A DNA stretch of 64,000 nt from Arcticibacter sp. (GTDB lineage Bacteria > Bacteroidota > Bacteroidia > Sphingobacteriales > Sphingobacteriaceae): contig NZ_JAZQRL010000007.1 of the NCBI RefSeq assembly GCF_045629565.1, positions 88 to 64,087 on the forward strand, written 5' to 3'. The translations under genes and the position numbers were made by a program. The notes under the pieces were generated by a model that had not been told where the DNA came from, ran no database searches, and was given only the letters and a program-made list of their open reading frames with translations. How positions within the stretch are numbered: the stretch's first letter is position 1; every line of letters begins with the position of its first letter. Shown here one piece after another: positions 49,666-59,548 of the stretch.

Positions 49666-49805
49666 ACCAGATCGCCACATATGCAAGTATTGGAAATGAG
49701 TATTCTTTGCAAAATAGCAATACGGGCAGGATGAGCCATTGCCTTCAATAACTGTGCAAGCTGATTTTGTTCAGCTGTAAACATTTCCGTTTTTGTTAGT
49801 CCCAT
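49614..49805 (-). pseudogene. truncated ArsR regulator fused to ArsC remnant
   Basis: KAMAHPARIAIL...CICGDLV, then sequence breaks before the HTH recognition helix (SQHLK absent). Confidence 0.8.
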
Positions 49806-49847
49806 ATTGCAATATTGCGATTAATTATAAGAATGAAAAACTTTTCT

Positions 49848-50249
49848 TTACTTAGCCTCGGAAATCCATTCATCAACAATCTTAGCCAAGTCTAATTGTG
49901 CGTCTTCTATTTCCCGAATGTTCTTGAACGTTGCTATCGCCCTGTCATTCTCTTTCCAAGTTAATAACTTACTTTTTGTATCGATCAATCTGTTCGGAGG
50001 TTGTTCCAGCTTCTTTGCTCCCCTATGAAAAATTAATTGAATCTGCTTTGGCGGCTGAATCCTCATTGTGATTCTGTCCTCGTCATTAAAGCAGAAATTC
50101 GGTCCGTTCCATTTGATATTTTCGGTCAGGCCGGCATTCGCGGTTAGAATACATTTCCGCAATTCTTCAATTTCATTTCTTAGTGGGTGGTCCAGTGTGT
50201 CCAGAAATTCTGTCACTTTGTTATTCAGATACTGTGCTTGCTTTGACAT
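49848..50249 (-). CDS. DUF1801 (YdhG-like) protein
   Basis: HPLRNEIEELR, ENIKWNGP, LIFHRGAK. Confidence 0.8.
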   Translation of the reverse strand: MSKQAQYLNNKVTEFLDTLDHPLRNEIEELRKCILTANAGLTENIKWNGPNFCFNDEDRITMRIQPPKQIQLIFHRGAKKLEQPPNRLIDTKSKLLTWKENDRAIATFKNIREIEDAQLDLAKIVDEWISEAK

Positions 50250-50457
50250 GGTAGTGCTTTTAATTCAAGAAAGGGAATAATTATTACAAGTTAATACAGA
50301 AAAAGCTCGTCCAGCATGGTAAGTATCAATAATTCTGAGTCGTTCGTTTGGGGTGTAGATGGATGCGTAGACGCGTACTTTCTATAGTAACGGCTCTGAT
50401 ACGGAAATTTTAACGGCTAAGTCGTACTTTTGGGTTTTAAAGTACAAAGAAAGGTTC

Positions 50458-52920
50458 ATGTTTAAATCTCTGCTTTCCGAACATACTGTTCATTCATCAC
50501 TTAATTTCAAGTTCTTTTTAACCCTCATGATGCTGTCACTCTCTGCATTTACCTATGCGGATGACAGGAAACAACTTTTTAATAGGGGTTGGAAGTTTTA
50601 TCTCGGTGCAGCAGAAGAGGCGAAATCGTTTGAATTTGATGACCATCAGTGGCGCTCGGTGGATCTTCCTCACGATTGGAGTATTGAGCCAATAAAAAAT
50701 CAAGTTCCTGGTAAAACGATAGGTCCATTCAGCAAGGAAAGTCCGGGTGGCGCCGCCACTGGCCAGACGCTGGGTGGGGAAGGTTGGTATCGCAAAACAT
50801 TCACGATAGGTTCAGCTGACGCCGGGAAAAGACATGAATTGTATTTCGAGGGTATATACAATCAATCGGAAATATGGATAAACGGGAAAAAGGCAGGGGA
50901 GAACATGTATGGTTACAGTACCTTCCGCTTTGACATCACGGCATATTGTAATGCGCCCGGAGAAAAAAATGTAATTGCAATAAAAGTAGTTAATAAAGGG
51001 AAAAATTCCAGATGGTACGCAGGATCGGGTATTTACAGGCACGTTTATCTTATCAAGACAGGTCAATCGCATATTGATGATTGGCTTAGTTCTGTTCAGA
51101 CTACTTCCATACTCAAAGACGAAGCAAGGCTGAGCATAGCTACAACGGTAATTCAATCTAAGGGCGATAAAGATCTGATGATTGATGCAGTGCTGACAAG
51201 CCCGGAGGGGAAAGTTGTTGGCAAGGAACAAAGATCTGTTCCTTCTGCGGCAAATGATACTGCAGCATTGGCTTTTGATTTCATGGTATCTAATCCAAAA
51301 CTATGGAATGTGACTACTCCCTCTCTTTACAGCTTGAAGTTGACATTGAGCAATAAAAAGGGCGTTCAGGATATCGTTACCTTGCCTTTTGGCATTCGCA
51401 CTATCGCTTTTTCTGTTGACAAGGGGTTCCAAATTAATGGAGAGACGCTTAATCTTAAAGGGGGATGTATTCATCACGACAATGGTTTGCTTGGTGCAGC
51501 TGCATACGATCGGGCTGAGGAAAGGAAGATTGAGTTGTTGAAAGCGAATGGATTCATCGCTATCCGATCTCACAATCCGATGTCGGAAAGTTTTATGCAA
51601 GCCTGTGATCGTCTGGGAATGTTAGTCATAAATGAGGCTTTTGATCAGTGGGAGAGAAAGAAAAATCCGGATGACTATCATCAGTATTTCAAGGAATGGA
51701 GTGCAAAAGATATCAGATCGCTGGTATTAAGGGATCGCAATAAGCCGTCAGTTATCATGTGGAGCATCGGTAACGAGATATATGAAAGGCTTACTGAGAG
51801 AGGGATGGAAATAGCAGCCTACCTGAGAAAGGAAGTGTTGAAATACGATACTACCAGGGCCATTACTGCCGGAGTAAACAACCAGTGGGATAAAGAGCGT
51901 AAAAACAGGGTTCCGATTGACAATGCGTTTCGTTCCCTGGATGTGGCGGGATACAATTACATGTGGTCTGTGTATGAGCGTGATCATGTCAGATTCCCCG
52001 ACCGAATCATGTTGGGTACTGAAAGTGTAGCCACCGAAGCTGCAGCTAACTGGGATAAGGTGGAAAGGTTACCTTACGTAATAGGAGATTTTATCTGGAC
52101 TGCAATGGACTACCTGGGTGAATCGGGACTGGGCAGCTCCATTGAAGTCGATCCGACGGAAAATACACACTTTTTTCAGGATTGGCCGTGGTATAATGCC
52201 TGGTGTGGAGACATTGATTTGTTGGGTATTAAGAAGCCTCAGTCGTACTATCGGGATATCGTTTGGAAACAGCGGAACATTACGATGGCAGTAGAATTGC
52301 CCGCACAGCCAGGAAAGATCAGAAAAGTTAGCTTTTGGGGTTGGCCACAGGAAAGTCTGGAATGGAATTTTCCGGAACAAATCGGTAAAGAGGTTTCGGT
52401 AAATGTATATTCGAGGGCACCGATAGTCAAGCTGTTTCTTAATGGTAAGTTTCTGGCCGAACAAAAAACAGACAGCGTTTATAAAGCCACTTTCAAGACC
52501 CCGTATCATCCGGGAACGCTTAAAGCAGTGGAATATATCGACGGTGTAGCAGGTGACTCTATTGCACTGACTACTCCGGGAGAGAAAAGGATGTTGAGAT
52601 TATCGGCCGACCTCAATAAATTGCCTGCGAACGGGCAGTCACTTTCTCACGTGCTTATTGAACTTGTAGATCAGCATGGTCGAGTGGTTTTGGAGTCGGG
52701 TAGAATGATTGATATCTCATTATCAGGAAAGGCGGGTAAGATTGTTGCTTCGGGTAACGCCGCACCAAATGACATGGAAAGTTTCAATTCTTTACAACCG
52801 AAATTATTTAATGGCCGGGCGATCGTTATACTCAGATCGGGTTATGAAAATGGGAGTGTATCTTTAAAGGTTAGATCAAAAGGGCTAAAGTCTCGTAGTT
52901 TGAAAATCGGCGTGAACTAA
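50458..52920 (+). CDS. glycoside hydrolase family 2 (beta-galactosidase-like)
   Basis: VDLPHDWSIE, YFEGIY, WYAGSGIYRHV, GGCIHHDNG, WSIGNE (acid/base), GTES (nucleophile), WTAMDYLGE. Confidence 0.88.
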   Translation: MFKSLLSEHTVHSSLNFKFFLTLMMLSLSAFTYADDRKQLFNRGWKFYLGAAEEAKSFEFDDHQWRSVDLPHDWSIEPIKNQVPGKTIGPFSKESPGGAATGQTLGGEGWYRKTFTIGSADAGKRHELYFEGIYNQSEIWINGKKAGENMYGYSTFRFDITAYCNAPGEKNVIAIKVVNKGKNSRWYAGSGIYRHVYLIKTGQSHIDDWLSSVQTTSILKDEARLSIATTVIQSKGDKDLMIDAVLTSPEGKVVGKEQRSVPSAANDTAALAFDFMVSNPKLWNVTTPSLYSLKLTLSNKKGVQDIVTLPFGIRTIAFSVDKGFQINGETLNLKGGCIHHDNGLLGAAAYDRAEERKIELLKANGFIAIRSHNPMSESFMQACDRLGMLVINEAFDQWERKKNPDDYHQYFKEWSAKDIRSLVLRDRNKPSVIMWSIGNEIYERLTERGMEIAAYLRKEVLKYDTTRAITAGVNNQWDKERKNRVPIDNAFRSLDVAGYNYMWSVYERDHVRFPDRIMLGTESVATEAAANWDKVERLPYVIGDFIWTAMDYLGESGLGSSIEVDPTENTHFFQDWPWYNAWCGDIDLLGIKKPQSYYRDIVWKQRNITMAVELPAQPGKIRKVSFWGWPQESLEWNFPEQIGKEVSVNVYSRAPIVKLFLNGKFLAEQKTDSVYKATFKTPYHPGTLKAVEYIDGVAGDSIALTTPGEKRMLRLSADLNKLPANGQSLSHVLIELVDQHGRVVLESGRMIDISLSGKAGKIVASGNAAPNDMESFNSLQPKLFNGRAIVILRSGYENGSVSLKVRSKGLKSRSLKIGVN

Positions 52921-53116
52921 AATTTTGTCATTATAGGTTACGAAATGGAGGTGCGGGCAGCGAATTCATTGATGAACAGGATGATAACGAATGTGGATCT
53001 TTCCGAAGGCAAGCAGGCTGTCTAACATTGTTATTATAGAGCATTGATTTCAAATTAGAATACCTAATTTCGGTTTCGACTAACAAAGTTTTTGTATAGA
53101 CCTGTAATAATAACCA

Positions 53117-54319
53117 ATGAAGTATTCAAGAGTTCTAGTGATCTGCGTAGGTGTTTTGGCATCAGCTGGATGTGCGTCGCAAAAATTCCAAAATAAAAGC
53201 GTACAGCATGTGGATTATGCCACGGAGATCAGCAACACCATTATGCACAAATGGCCAGATTCGTTGACGCGTCTGGACGGCAAGTCCGCAGGATGGTCTT
53301 ACGATATCGGTCTGTATCTGGATGCGATCTCGAATGTTTATGCGAGAACCGGCGATCAGAAATATTTCGATTATATCCAGAGGCAAATGGATAGATTTCT
53401 GTTGCCTGACGGGAAAATCAGATATTATAGCCAGGAATCCTACAATATCGATTATGTAAGAAACGGTAAAATGATGTTGTACCTGTATGAAAAGACAGGT
53501 CAACAGAAGTATGCTGATGCAGCGACGTATCTGAGACAACAGTTATACAAGCATCCGCGAACAAGCGAAGGTGGTTTCTGGCATAAAAAAGTATATCCGC
53601 ATCAGATGTGGTTAGATGGGTTGTATATGGGACAGCCATTTTATGCGCATTATTCGAGTCAGTTTAATGAGCCAGGGAATTTTGATGATGTCGCCAGGCA
53701 ATTCATCCTGATGGAAAAAAATGGAAGGGACAACAAAACGGGTTTACTTCATCATGCCTGGGATGAGAAGAAGGAGCAAAAATGGGCAGACAAAGTTACC
53801 GGTAAATCGCCGAATTTCTGGGGACGTGCAATGGGTTGGTATGGTGTAGCGCTGGTTGATGTTCTGGATTATTTTCCGAAGGATCATCCCAATAGAGCGG
53901 AATTGATTGCAATACTTAACCGATATGTGGAAGCTGCTGCTAAGGTGCAGCATCCGAAGAATAATTTATGGTATCAGGTTTTAGATCAGGCCGGCAGAGA
54001 AGGAAACTATCCAGAAGCGTCTGCTTCTTCTATGTTTGTATACACCATGTTGAAAGGGTCAAGATTAGGATATATTCCTGCTGAGTATAAGGCTATTGGC
54101 CTAAAGGGCTATGACGGATTGATTAAGAAGTTCATTGTAAAAGGCGACGACGGGCATTACCACCTTAATGGGACGGTTATGGTTTCCGGTTTAGGTGGCA
54201 CTCCGTACAGGGACGGAACTTTTAATTATTATATCAGTGAGCCGGTTATCCAGGATGATCCGAAGGGGATGGGCGCATTTATTCTGGCCGCTAATGAGAG
54301 GCAGTTGGCGGGGAGGTAG
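53117..54319 (+). CDS. GH105/GH88-type unsaturated uronyl hydrolase, lipoprotein
   Basis: Lipobox ASAG-C; WSYDIG, HQMWLDGLYM, HHAWDE, WGRAMGW. Confidence 0.88.
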   Translation: MKYSRVLVICVGVLASAGCASQKFQNKSVQHVDYATEISNTIMHKWPDSLTRLDGKSAGWSYDIGLYLDAISNVYARTGDQKYFDYIQRQMDRFLLPDGKIRYYSQESYNIDYVRNGKMMLYLYEKTGQQKYADAATYLRQQLYKHPRTSEGGFWHKKVYPHQMWLDGLYMGQPFYAHYSSQFNEPGNFDDVARQFILMEKNGRDNKTGLLHHAWDEKKEQKWADKVTGKSPNFWGRAMGWYGVALVDVLDYFPKDHPNRAELIAILNRYVEAAAKVQHPKNNLWYQVLDQAGREGNYPEASASSMFVYTMLKGSRLGYIPAEYKAIGLKGYDGLIKKFIVKGDDGHYHLNGTVMVSGLGGTPYRDGTFNYYISEPVIQDDPKGMGAFILAANERQLAGR

Positions 54320-54417
54320 ACGCGGTGGTGCGATCTATTGTTGGTCTTTCGAAGACAAATCGACCGGGTCTGCTCGCCAACTAATTTCAAAGCGCAGTTA
54401 TGAGCTCTGGGTTTCCG

Positions 54418-54519
54418 TATTTTTAATTCGACATATTCTACGAAATTGTTCAATATGGCTTGGCAGCCTTCCTTCTGGAATTTGGGATCATTTTCTGTTT
54501 CGGCATCGAAGGTAGATTT
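54418..54519 (-). pseudogene. SRPBCC/AHSA1-like C-terminal remnant
   Basis: *KSTFDAETENDPKFQKEGCQAILNNFVEYVE resembles the family tail FDAE.EN..E.Q..GWQAILNNF..YVE. Confidence 0.55.
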
Positions 54520-54695
54520 TTACCAGTTTTGCCGTTGTTGTTTATTAAATATGGTGTTGGCTTTGAAATTTATTGTGTTGTATAAGCGACAACTTAGGGG
54601 GTATTACGACATTGAGGTGAAGAAAATGTTTAATGTCAGTAATTCTTTTTATGGGATCGCTATTGTAAATAGCTTTTAAAGGTTCCCTGACACCA

Positions 54696-56267
54696 TTAAG
54701 GTAAATTTTGCACCGGTGATTCCTGCGCCACTCGACTGGTTTTCGCTGTCCCGGAGTAAACAAAAGGATGCCTAAAGGATACAGCCTGGCTCTGCAGATC
54801 TGCTGACGATATATGAGATGCCCAGTCGAGAAAATTATAGTGCTTCAGAAGAGAGAGCTCACTCTTGTCACTGTAAATCAATTGGATTTTTCGTTGTATT
54901 TTTTTCCAGGTGTTCGTCTTGAATTGTTTACCTCTCCTTTTAATGTCGGCAGCTATTAGCGAAAAAATTATCTTTTCAATGGTTAAAAGTTTTTCCCCTT
55001 TGTTTAGTGCTCTCTTATAAGATCTCATTTCGTAGCTTAAGGTGCTCGAATCAATTGTTTCGTAACAAGATATAATGTATAAAAGCTTTCCGGCTCTATG
55101 TAAGGAGTCTTTAGATTTATGATGCAGAAAAGTCGATGCCAGTCGTCTGACAATAGTCCATTTTCTGACTTGGGCATGAAGAGAGCAGTTTAGCAGGATG
55201 ATTTCCAGATCTTTGGTATCGCTGATTGCCTGAAAGGGCGTGAGATTGTTTGGTGGTAGAAAGGTTCCCGCTTCTTCAAATTTTTTAAGTCCGACGAGGC
55301 GATGTAATGAATATAATTGAATGGTTTTCTTGATTTCATTTTTGAAGTGTTCCGGATAGGTTTTGCTGAGAAGATTCTCAAGTTTTTCGTTGTAAAACGA
55401 CATCTCGTCATATCTTCCTATCGTTCTTAGACTATCCAGAATGCCATCTAAGGCAGAAAGGTAGTCATAAGGAGGAAAGTCCCATATCTCCTCGTTTGCC
55501 TCGAACTCCTCATTTAGACTTTTGAACACCCGCAAGGCCGATTTATAATCGGATATGTGTATGAAGAAGAAGGACTGAAATAGTAAATGTAATTTTTGTG
55601 CGGAAAATATTTTTTTATTCTTTCCGGATATTAGGCTTAATTCACTGAATATAAGATCCTGAATGTTTTTGTTGTTTGATGGTTTTGAGATTAAAACCTG
55701 ATTAATGGTGCGTAACTTCAATAGTTCATAGAGCGAGAACTGCTCCTGGATTTGTTTGATTTTAGCCAGATTCGTTTTAAGGCTCATCTGCGTCATAATC
55801 AGTGCATCTTCATCCATATCAGGAAAATCAAGGTCTGCCAGGAGGGATGATTCCATTCTTTCAGCATGATAGGCAACAATATGATTTTGCTGTTTGTTGG
55901 CTGATTGTTTTGCATGTGATAGTTCCTTAAGGCCATATTCAGGAATGGACCTTTCCACGCAGAGCCTAGCTGTCATTAGCCGGTACAATTGGTTGTACCA
56001 ATCATCCTGCTCTATGCGGAGCATGACCAAGACTTTTAACAGGATCTTAAATAAATAAGATATGTTGTTTTGAAAAGACCTTCTGGGACAGCTACTGTTG
56101 AAGAGTTGCTGAATGGTTTCCCTGTTTTTTTCTTTTCCATTTAAGATGAGGTCATAGAGGCAGAGATAGTCCTTCTCGTCAGAATAAGCGTTTGTGTATG
56201 AACTAAACATCTTTTTCTCAACAGAGGAAAGCGAATGCACAAGTTTGTGTAATTCTTCAAACTTCAT
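54696..56267 (-). CDS. large helical hypothetical protein; probable RusR-like PUL regulator
   Basis: 523-aa ORF (LHKLVHSLSSVEKKMF N-terminus) divergent from the ribokinase operon; function inferred from position only. Confidence 0.5.
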   Translation of the reverse strand: MKFEELHKLVHSLSSVEKKMFSSYTNAYSDEKDYLCLYDLILNGKEKNRETIQQLFNSSCPRRSFQNNISYLFKILLKVLVMLRIEQDDWYNQLYRLMTARLCVERSIPEYGLKELSHAKQSANKQQNHIVAYHAERMESSLLADLDFPDMDEDALIMTQMSLKTNLAKIKQIQEQFSLYELLKLRTINQVLISKPSNNKNIQDLIFSELSLISGKNKKIFSAQKLHLLFQSFFFIHISDYKSALRVFKSLNEEFEANEEIWDFPPYDYLSALDGILDSLRTIGRYDEMSFYNEKLENLLSKTYPEHFKNEIKKTIQLYSLHRLVGLKKFEEAGTFLPPNNLTPFQAISDTKDLEIILLNCSLHAQVRKWTIVRRLASTFLHHKSKDSLHRAGKLLYIISCYETIDSSTLSYEMRSYKRALNKGEKLLTIEKIIFSLIAADIKRRGKQFKTNTWKKIQRKIQLIYSDKSELSLLKHYNFLDWASHISSADLQSQAVSFRHPFVYSGTAKTSRVAQESPVQNLP

Positions 56268-56390
56268 TAGGGAATATAATTGGCTAATTGGTTGATGGAA
56301 AGTGGAATATAGAAAAATAACGTGAGATAATAGTCTATTGTAATTATTTTTTTGTCTGATAAGTGGCTTATTAACGGTTTTATTCTCAAT

Positions 56391-56398
56391 TATATTTG
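56391..56398 (+). promoter_or_regulatory. -7 element of the ribose/nucleoside PUL operon
   Basis: TATATTTG overlapping the ORF-track TTG; supports a start at ATG 56426. Confidence 0.55.
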
Positions 56399-56425
56399 AG
56401 TACTAACCAATTAATTATAAACCGT

Positions 56426-57343
56426 ATGAGTAACAGAATTATTGTTGTGGGCAGTATGAACATGGACATGGTCGTCAGGACAGACCATATTCCAAGGCCG
56501 GGCGAGACGGTCCTCGGTGGCAACTTCTTCATGAATCCGGGAGGAAAAGGTGCAAATCAGGCAGTTGCCGTTTCAAGATTAGGAGGAGATGTTGTATTCG
56601 TTGGTAAGATAGGCAGCGACGTATTCGGTAAACAAGCGGCTCAGCTTTTTGATGATGAAGGTATTGATACTTCAGGTCTGATTGAGGATGATGACAATCC
56701 CTCAGGAATAGCTTTAATTACCGTGGATGCATCAGGAGAAAACAGTATAGTAGTTGCCTCCGGTGCAAACTCCAATTTAACTCCTGCGGATGTCAGTTCG
56801 CAACTAGACAATTATAAGGATAGCAAAATTTTGCTGATGCAGTTGGAAACACCAATGGAGACGGTTGAGCTGGCTGCGAAAAAAGCAAAGGAAAATTCCA
56901 TGCGGGTGATTGTAAACCCTGCGCCTGTAAATCCCAGAATTTCATCCATGTTCGGTATGATCGATATTCTTACTCCTAATGTGACGGAAGCGGAAATGCT
57001 GACCAATCTGAAGATCGATTCGATAGCTGATGCAAAGATTGCTGCGGAAGAGATAAACCGGCAAGGCGTAGCGAATGTGATTATTACCCTCGGAAAAATG
57101 GGAGCGGTACTGTTGGAGGCTGGTGAGTTTTATCATATTCCGGCTCCTGAGGTCAAAGTGATTGATACGACTGCCGCCGGGGATGTTTTTAACGGAGCGC
57201 TTGCGGTGGCCCTGGCAGAAGGGAAGAGCTTAATAGAAGCAGTAAAGTTTGCTTGTCAGGCATCTGCCATTTCTGTAACGAAGCTGGGTGCGCAATCTTC
57301 TATTCCGTCTCGAAATGAAGTTCTCCTGAATATCCTCGATTAG
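56426..57343 (+). CDS. rbsK: ribokinase
   Basis: GSMNMD, GGKGANQAVA, TPNVTEA, DTTAAGDVFNG. Confidence 0.9.
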   Translation: MSNRIIVVGSMNMDMVVRTDHIPRPGETVLGGNFFMNPGGKGANQAVAVSRLGGDVVFVGKIGSDVFGKQAAQLFDDEGIDTSGLIEDDDNPSGIALITVDASGENSIVVASGANSNLTPADVSSQLDNYKDSKILLMQLETPMETVELAAKKAKENSMRVIVNPAPVNPRISSMFGMIDILTPNVTEAEMLTNLKIDSIADAKIAAEEINRQGVANVIITLGKMGAVLLEAGEFYHIPAPEVKVIDTTAAGDVFNGALAVALAEGKSLIEAVKFACQASAISVTKLGAQSSIPSRNEVLLNILD

Positions 57344-57375
57344 ATAAGACCAATTTATTCCTAAAGCTATAGCTT

Positions 57376-58380
57376 ATGTTCATTGTAGAAAATTACCTTT
57401 TAGCAGTCGTATTCTGTGTAGTAACGATGCTTTGCTGGGGATCCTGGGCTAATACCCAGAAGCTCGTGCGCAAAGAATGGAGATTCGAATTGTTTTATTG
57501 GGATTATGTATTAGGCATCTTTTTCATCTCTCTGTTTGGAGCCTTTACTCTCGGGAGTTTCGGTGAAAATGGAAGGCCTTTTTTAACGGATATTGCCCAG
57601 GCTGATACTAGCAATATATGGAGCGCTTTGTTTGGAGGTATTGTCTTCAACCTCGCCAATATCTTGTTAACCGCGGCGATAGCGGGAGCAGGTATGGCGG
57701 TCGCTTTCCCGATCGGCATTGGATTGGCTCTCGTTATCGGTGTACTGATTAATTATTTATTGCATGCCAAAGGTGACCCGATGTTGCTGTTCTCAGGTGT
57801 CGCCTTAATCACGCTAGCCATTATTTTGAATGCCATAGCTTATCATAGACACTCCAGAAGCAGCTCAAATAAGAGCGTCGGCAAATGGATTTTGGTATCA
57901 ATTCTTGCAGGAATACTCATGTCGACATTCTATCCATTTATCGCTGCTGGTATGGATCTGGAGAATTTTGTTACTCCCATGGCTGGTAAGATGACGCCCT
58001 ATACGGCCTCAGTTGTGTTTGCAACCGGTATTCTGATCAGCAATCTTTTGTTCAACAGTATACTGATGCGCAGACCACTTGAAGGAGCCCCTATTCATTA
58101 TTCAGAGTATTTCAAGGGGAAATCGGGTATCCATCTAGTAGGAATCTTAGGGGGTGGAATCTGGGGCGTCGGTAATCTGTTCAATCTTATAGCTGCAGGA
58201 AAAGCCGGGCCGGCTATTTCTTACGGACTTGGACAAGGAGCCACTTTGATAGCGGCCTTATGGGGGGTATTGATCTGGAAAGAATTCAAAGGAAGTTCAG
58301 GGCCTGTCAACGTGCTTATTGCATCGATGTTCGTCCTCTTTGTAGTTGGCTTGGGACTCGTAATAGCGGCAGGTAATTAA
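57376..58380 (+). CDS. GRP/DMT-family sugar (ribose/nucleoside) permease
   Basis: CWGSWANT, RFELFYWDY, AISYGLGQGA, WGVLIWKEF; about 10 TM helices. Confidence 0.8.
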   Translation: MFIVENYLLAVVFCVVTMLCWGSWANTQKLVRKEWRFELFYWDYVLGIFFISLFGAFTLGSFGENGRPFLTDIAQADTSNIWSALFGGIVFNLANILLTAAIAGAGMAVAFPIGIGLALVIGVLINYLLHAKGDPMLLFSGVALITLAIILNAIAYHRHSRSSSNKSVGKWILVSILAGILMSTFYPFIAAGMDLENFVTPMAGKMTPYTASVVFATGILISNLLFNSILMRRPLEGAPIHYSEYFKGKSGIHLVGILGGGIWGVGNLFNLIAAGKAGPAISYGLGQGATLIAALWGVLIWKEFKGSSGPVNVLIASMFVLFVVGLGLVIAAGN

Positions 58381-58405
58381 CCATTCATGATTCAAATTAA
58401 TCGAT

Positions 58406-59446
58406 ATGAATTTAAAGTATTTATTTAACCTGGTATTATTATGCATGGTTGTTGGTCTGGGGGCATGCTCTCCTGATGGTAAAGGCGCCGATCCAGTGAA
58501 GCTTATATTTGAGACGGACATGGGGAACGACGTTGATGATGCCATGGCGCTGGATATGATCTACAAGTATCTGGATTCAAATAAGGTAGATGTTTTGGCC
58601 ATCATGTCAAACAAAAATAGCACTTATTCGACTGAATATATTCACTTGATGAACCATTGGTACGGATATCCTGACATCCCGATAGGAAAGGTTATAAACG
58701 GGATCGACAGTGAGAATGATGCGAGGAAATACGCAGAATTTGTGAGCTTGCAGAAGGATGAGCATGGCAAAGATTTATTTAAAAGACCGGCATTTGATTA
58801 TGAGTCCGTTCCTGAGGCCGTTAAATTTTACAGAAAGATCCTTTCAAGTCAGCCTGATAGTTCTGTAACGATAGTTTCTGTGGGTTTTTCCACCAATATT
58901 ATACGACTCTTAACGTCCTTGCCTGACAGTTTTTCGCCACTTACCGGGAAGGAATTGGTACAAAAGAAAGTAAAACTTCTCTCCATGATGGCGGGCAGTT
59001 TTGGAGACAATAAAATAGCCGAATATAATGTCGTGAAAGATATACCTGCGGCGCAAAAAATAGCCGACGAGTGGCCGACACCTATTGTCTTTACTCCATT
59101 TGAAGCCGGTATTGCCGTGAAGTATCCGGCAACGAGCATTGTGGAAGATTTTAAATGGACCCAACATCACCCCGTAGTAGAAGCTTACAAGCATTATCTG
59201 GATATGCCTTATGACCGTCCCACCTGGGATTTGATCGCTTTGCTTTATGTTATGGAAAAATCTTCGGGCTATTTCACGGAAAGTTCTTCCGGAAAAGTTT
59301 CTGTAGATGATAAAGGTTATACCGCGTTCCAGCCGGATAGTAGCCAACATCATCGCTATTTGGAGCTGGATAGCATACAGGCGGAAAACGTGAAACGGCA
59401 CTTTATAGAAATTATATCCAGACCGCCATTAAAATATAAGAAATAG
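58406..59446 (+). CDS. nucleoside hydrolase (IU-NH family), lipoprotein
   Basis: Lipobox LGA-C; ETDMGNDVDDAMAL, AEYNV, WDL motifs. Confidence 0.85.
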   Translation: MNLKYLFNLVLLCMVVGLGACSPDGKGADPVKLIFETDMGNDVDDAMALDMIYKYLDSNKVDVLAIMSNKNSTYSTEYIHLMNHWYGYPDIPIGKVINGIDSENDARKYAEFVSLQKDEHGKDLFKRPAFDYESVPEAVKFYRKILSSQPDSSVTIVSVGFSTNIIRLLTSLPDSFSPLTGKELVQKKVKLLSMMAGSFGDNKIAEYNVVKDIPAAQKIADEWPTPIVFTPFEAGIAVKYPATSIVEDFKWTQHHPVVEAYKHYLDMPYDRPTWDLIALLYVMEKSSGYFTESSSGKVSVDDKGYTAFQPDSSQHHRYLELDSIQAENVKRHFIEIISRPPLKYKK

Positions 59447-59548
59447 CAAGCCGGCTGCTTTGTTTCCATATGCTTGCCATTGCTGTCTGTGCCATTTTAT
59501 TCAAAAAATCAATTAATGACATGATGATCAACATTAAATAAAATAGAG

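Larger units (their letters stand above)
40460..50300. other. AT-richer accessory/decaying islet (no integrase or transposase seen)
   Basis: All genes on the minus strand, visibly AT-rich codon usage, and several pseudogene fragments; boundaries approximate. Confidence 0.5.
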
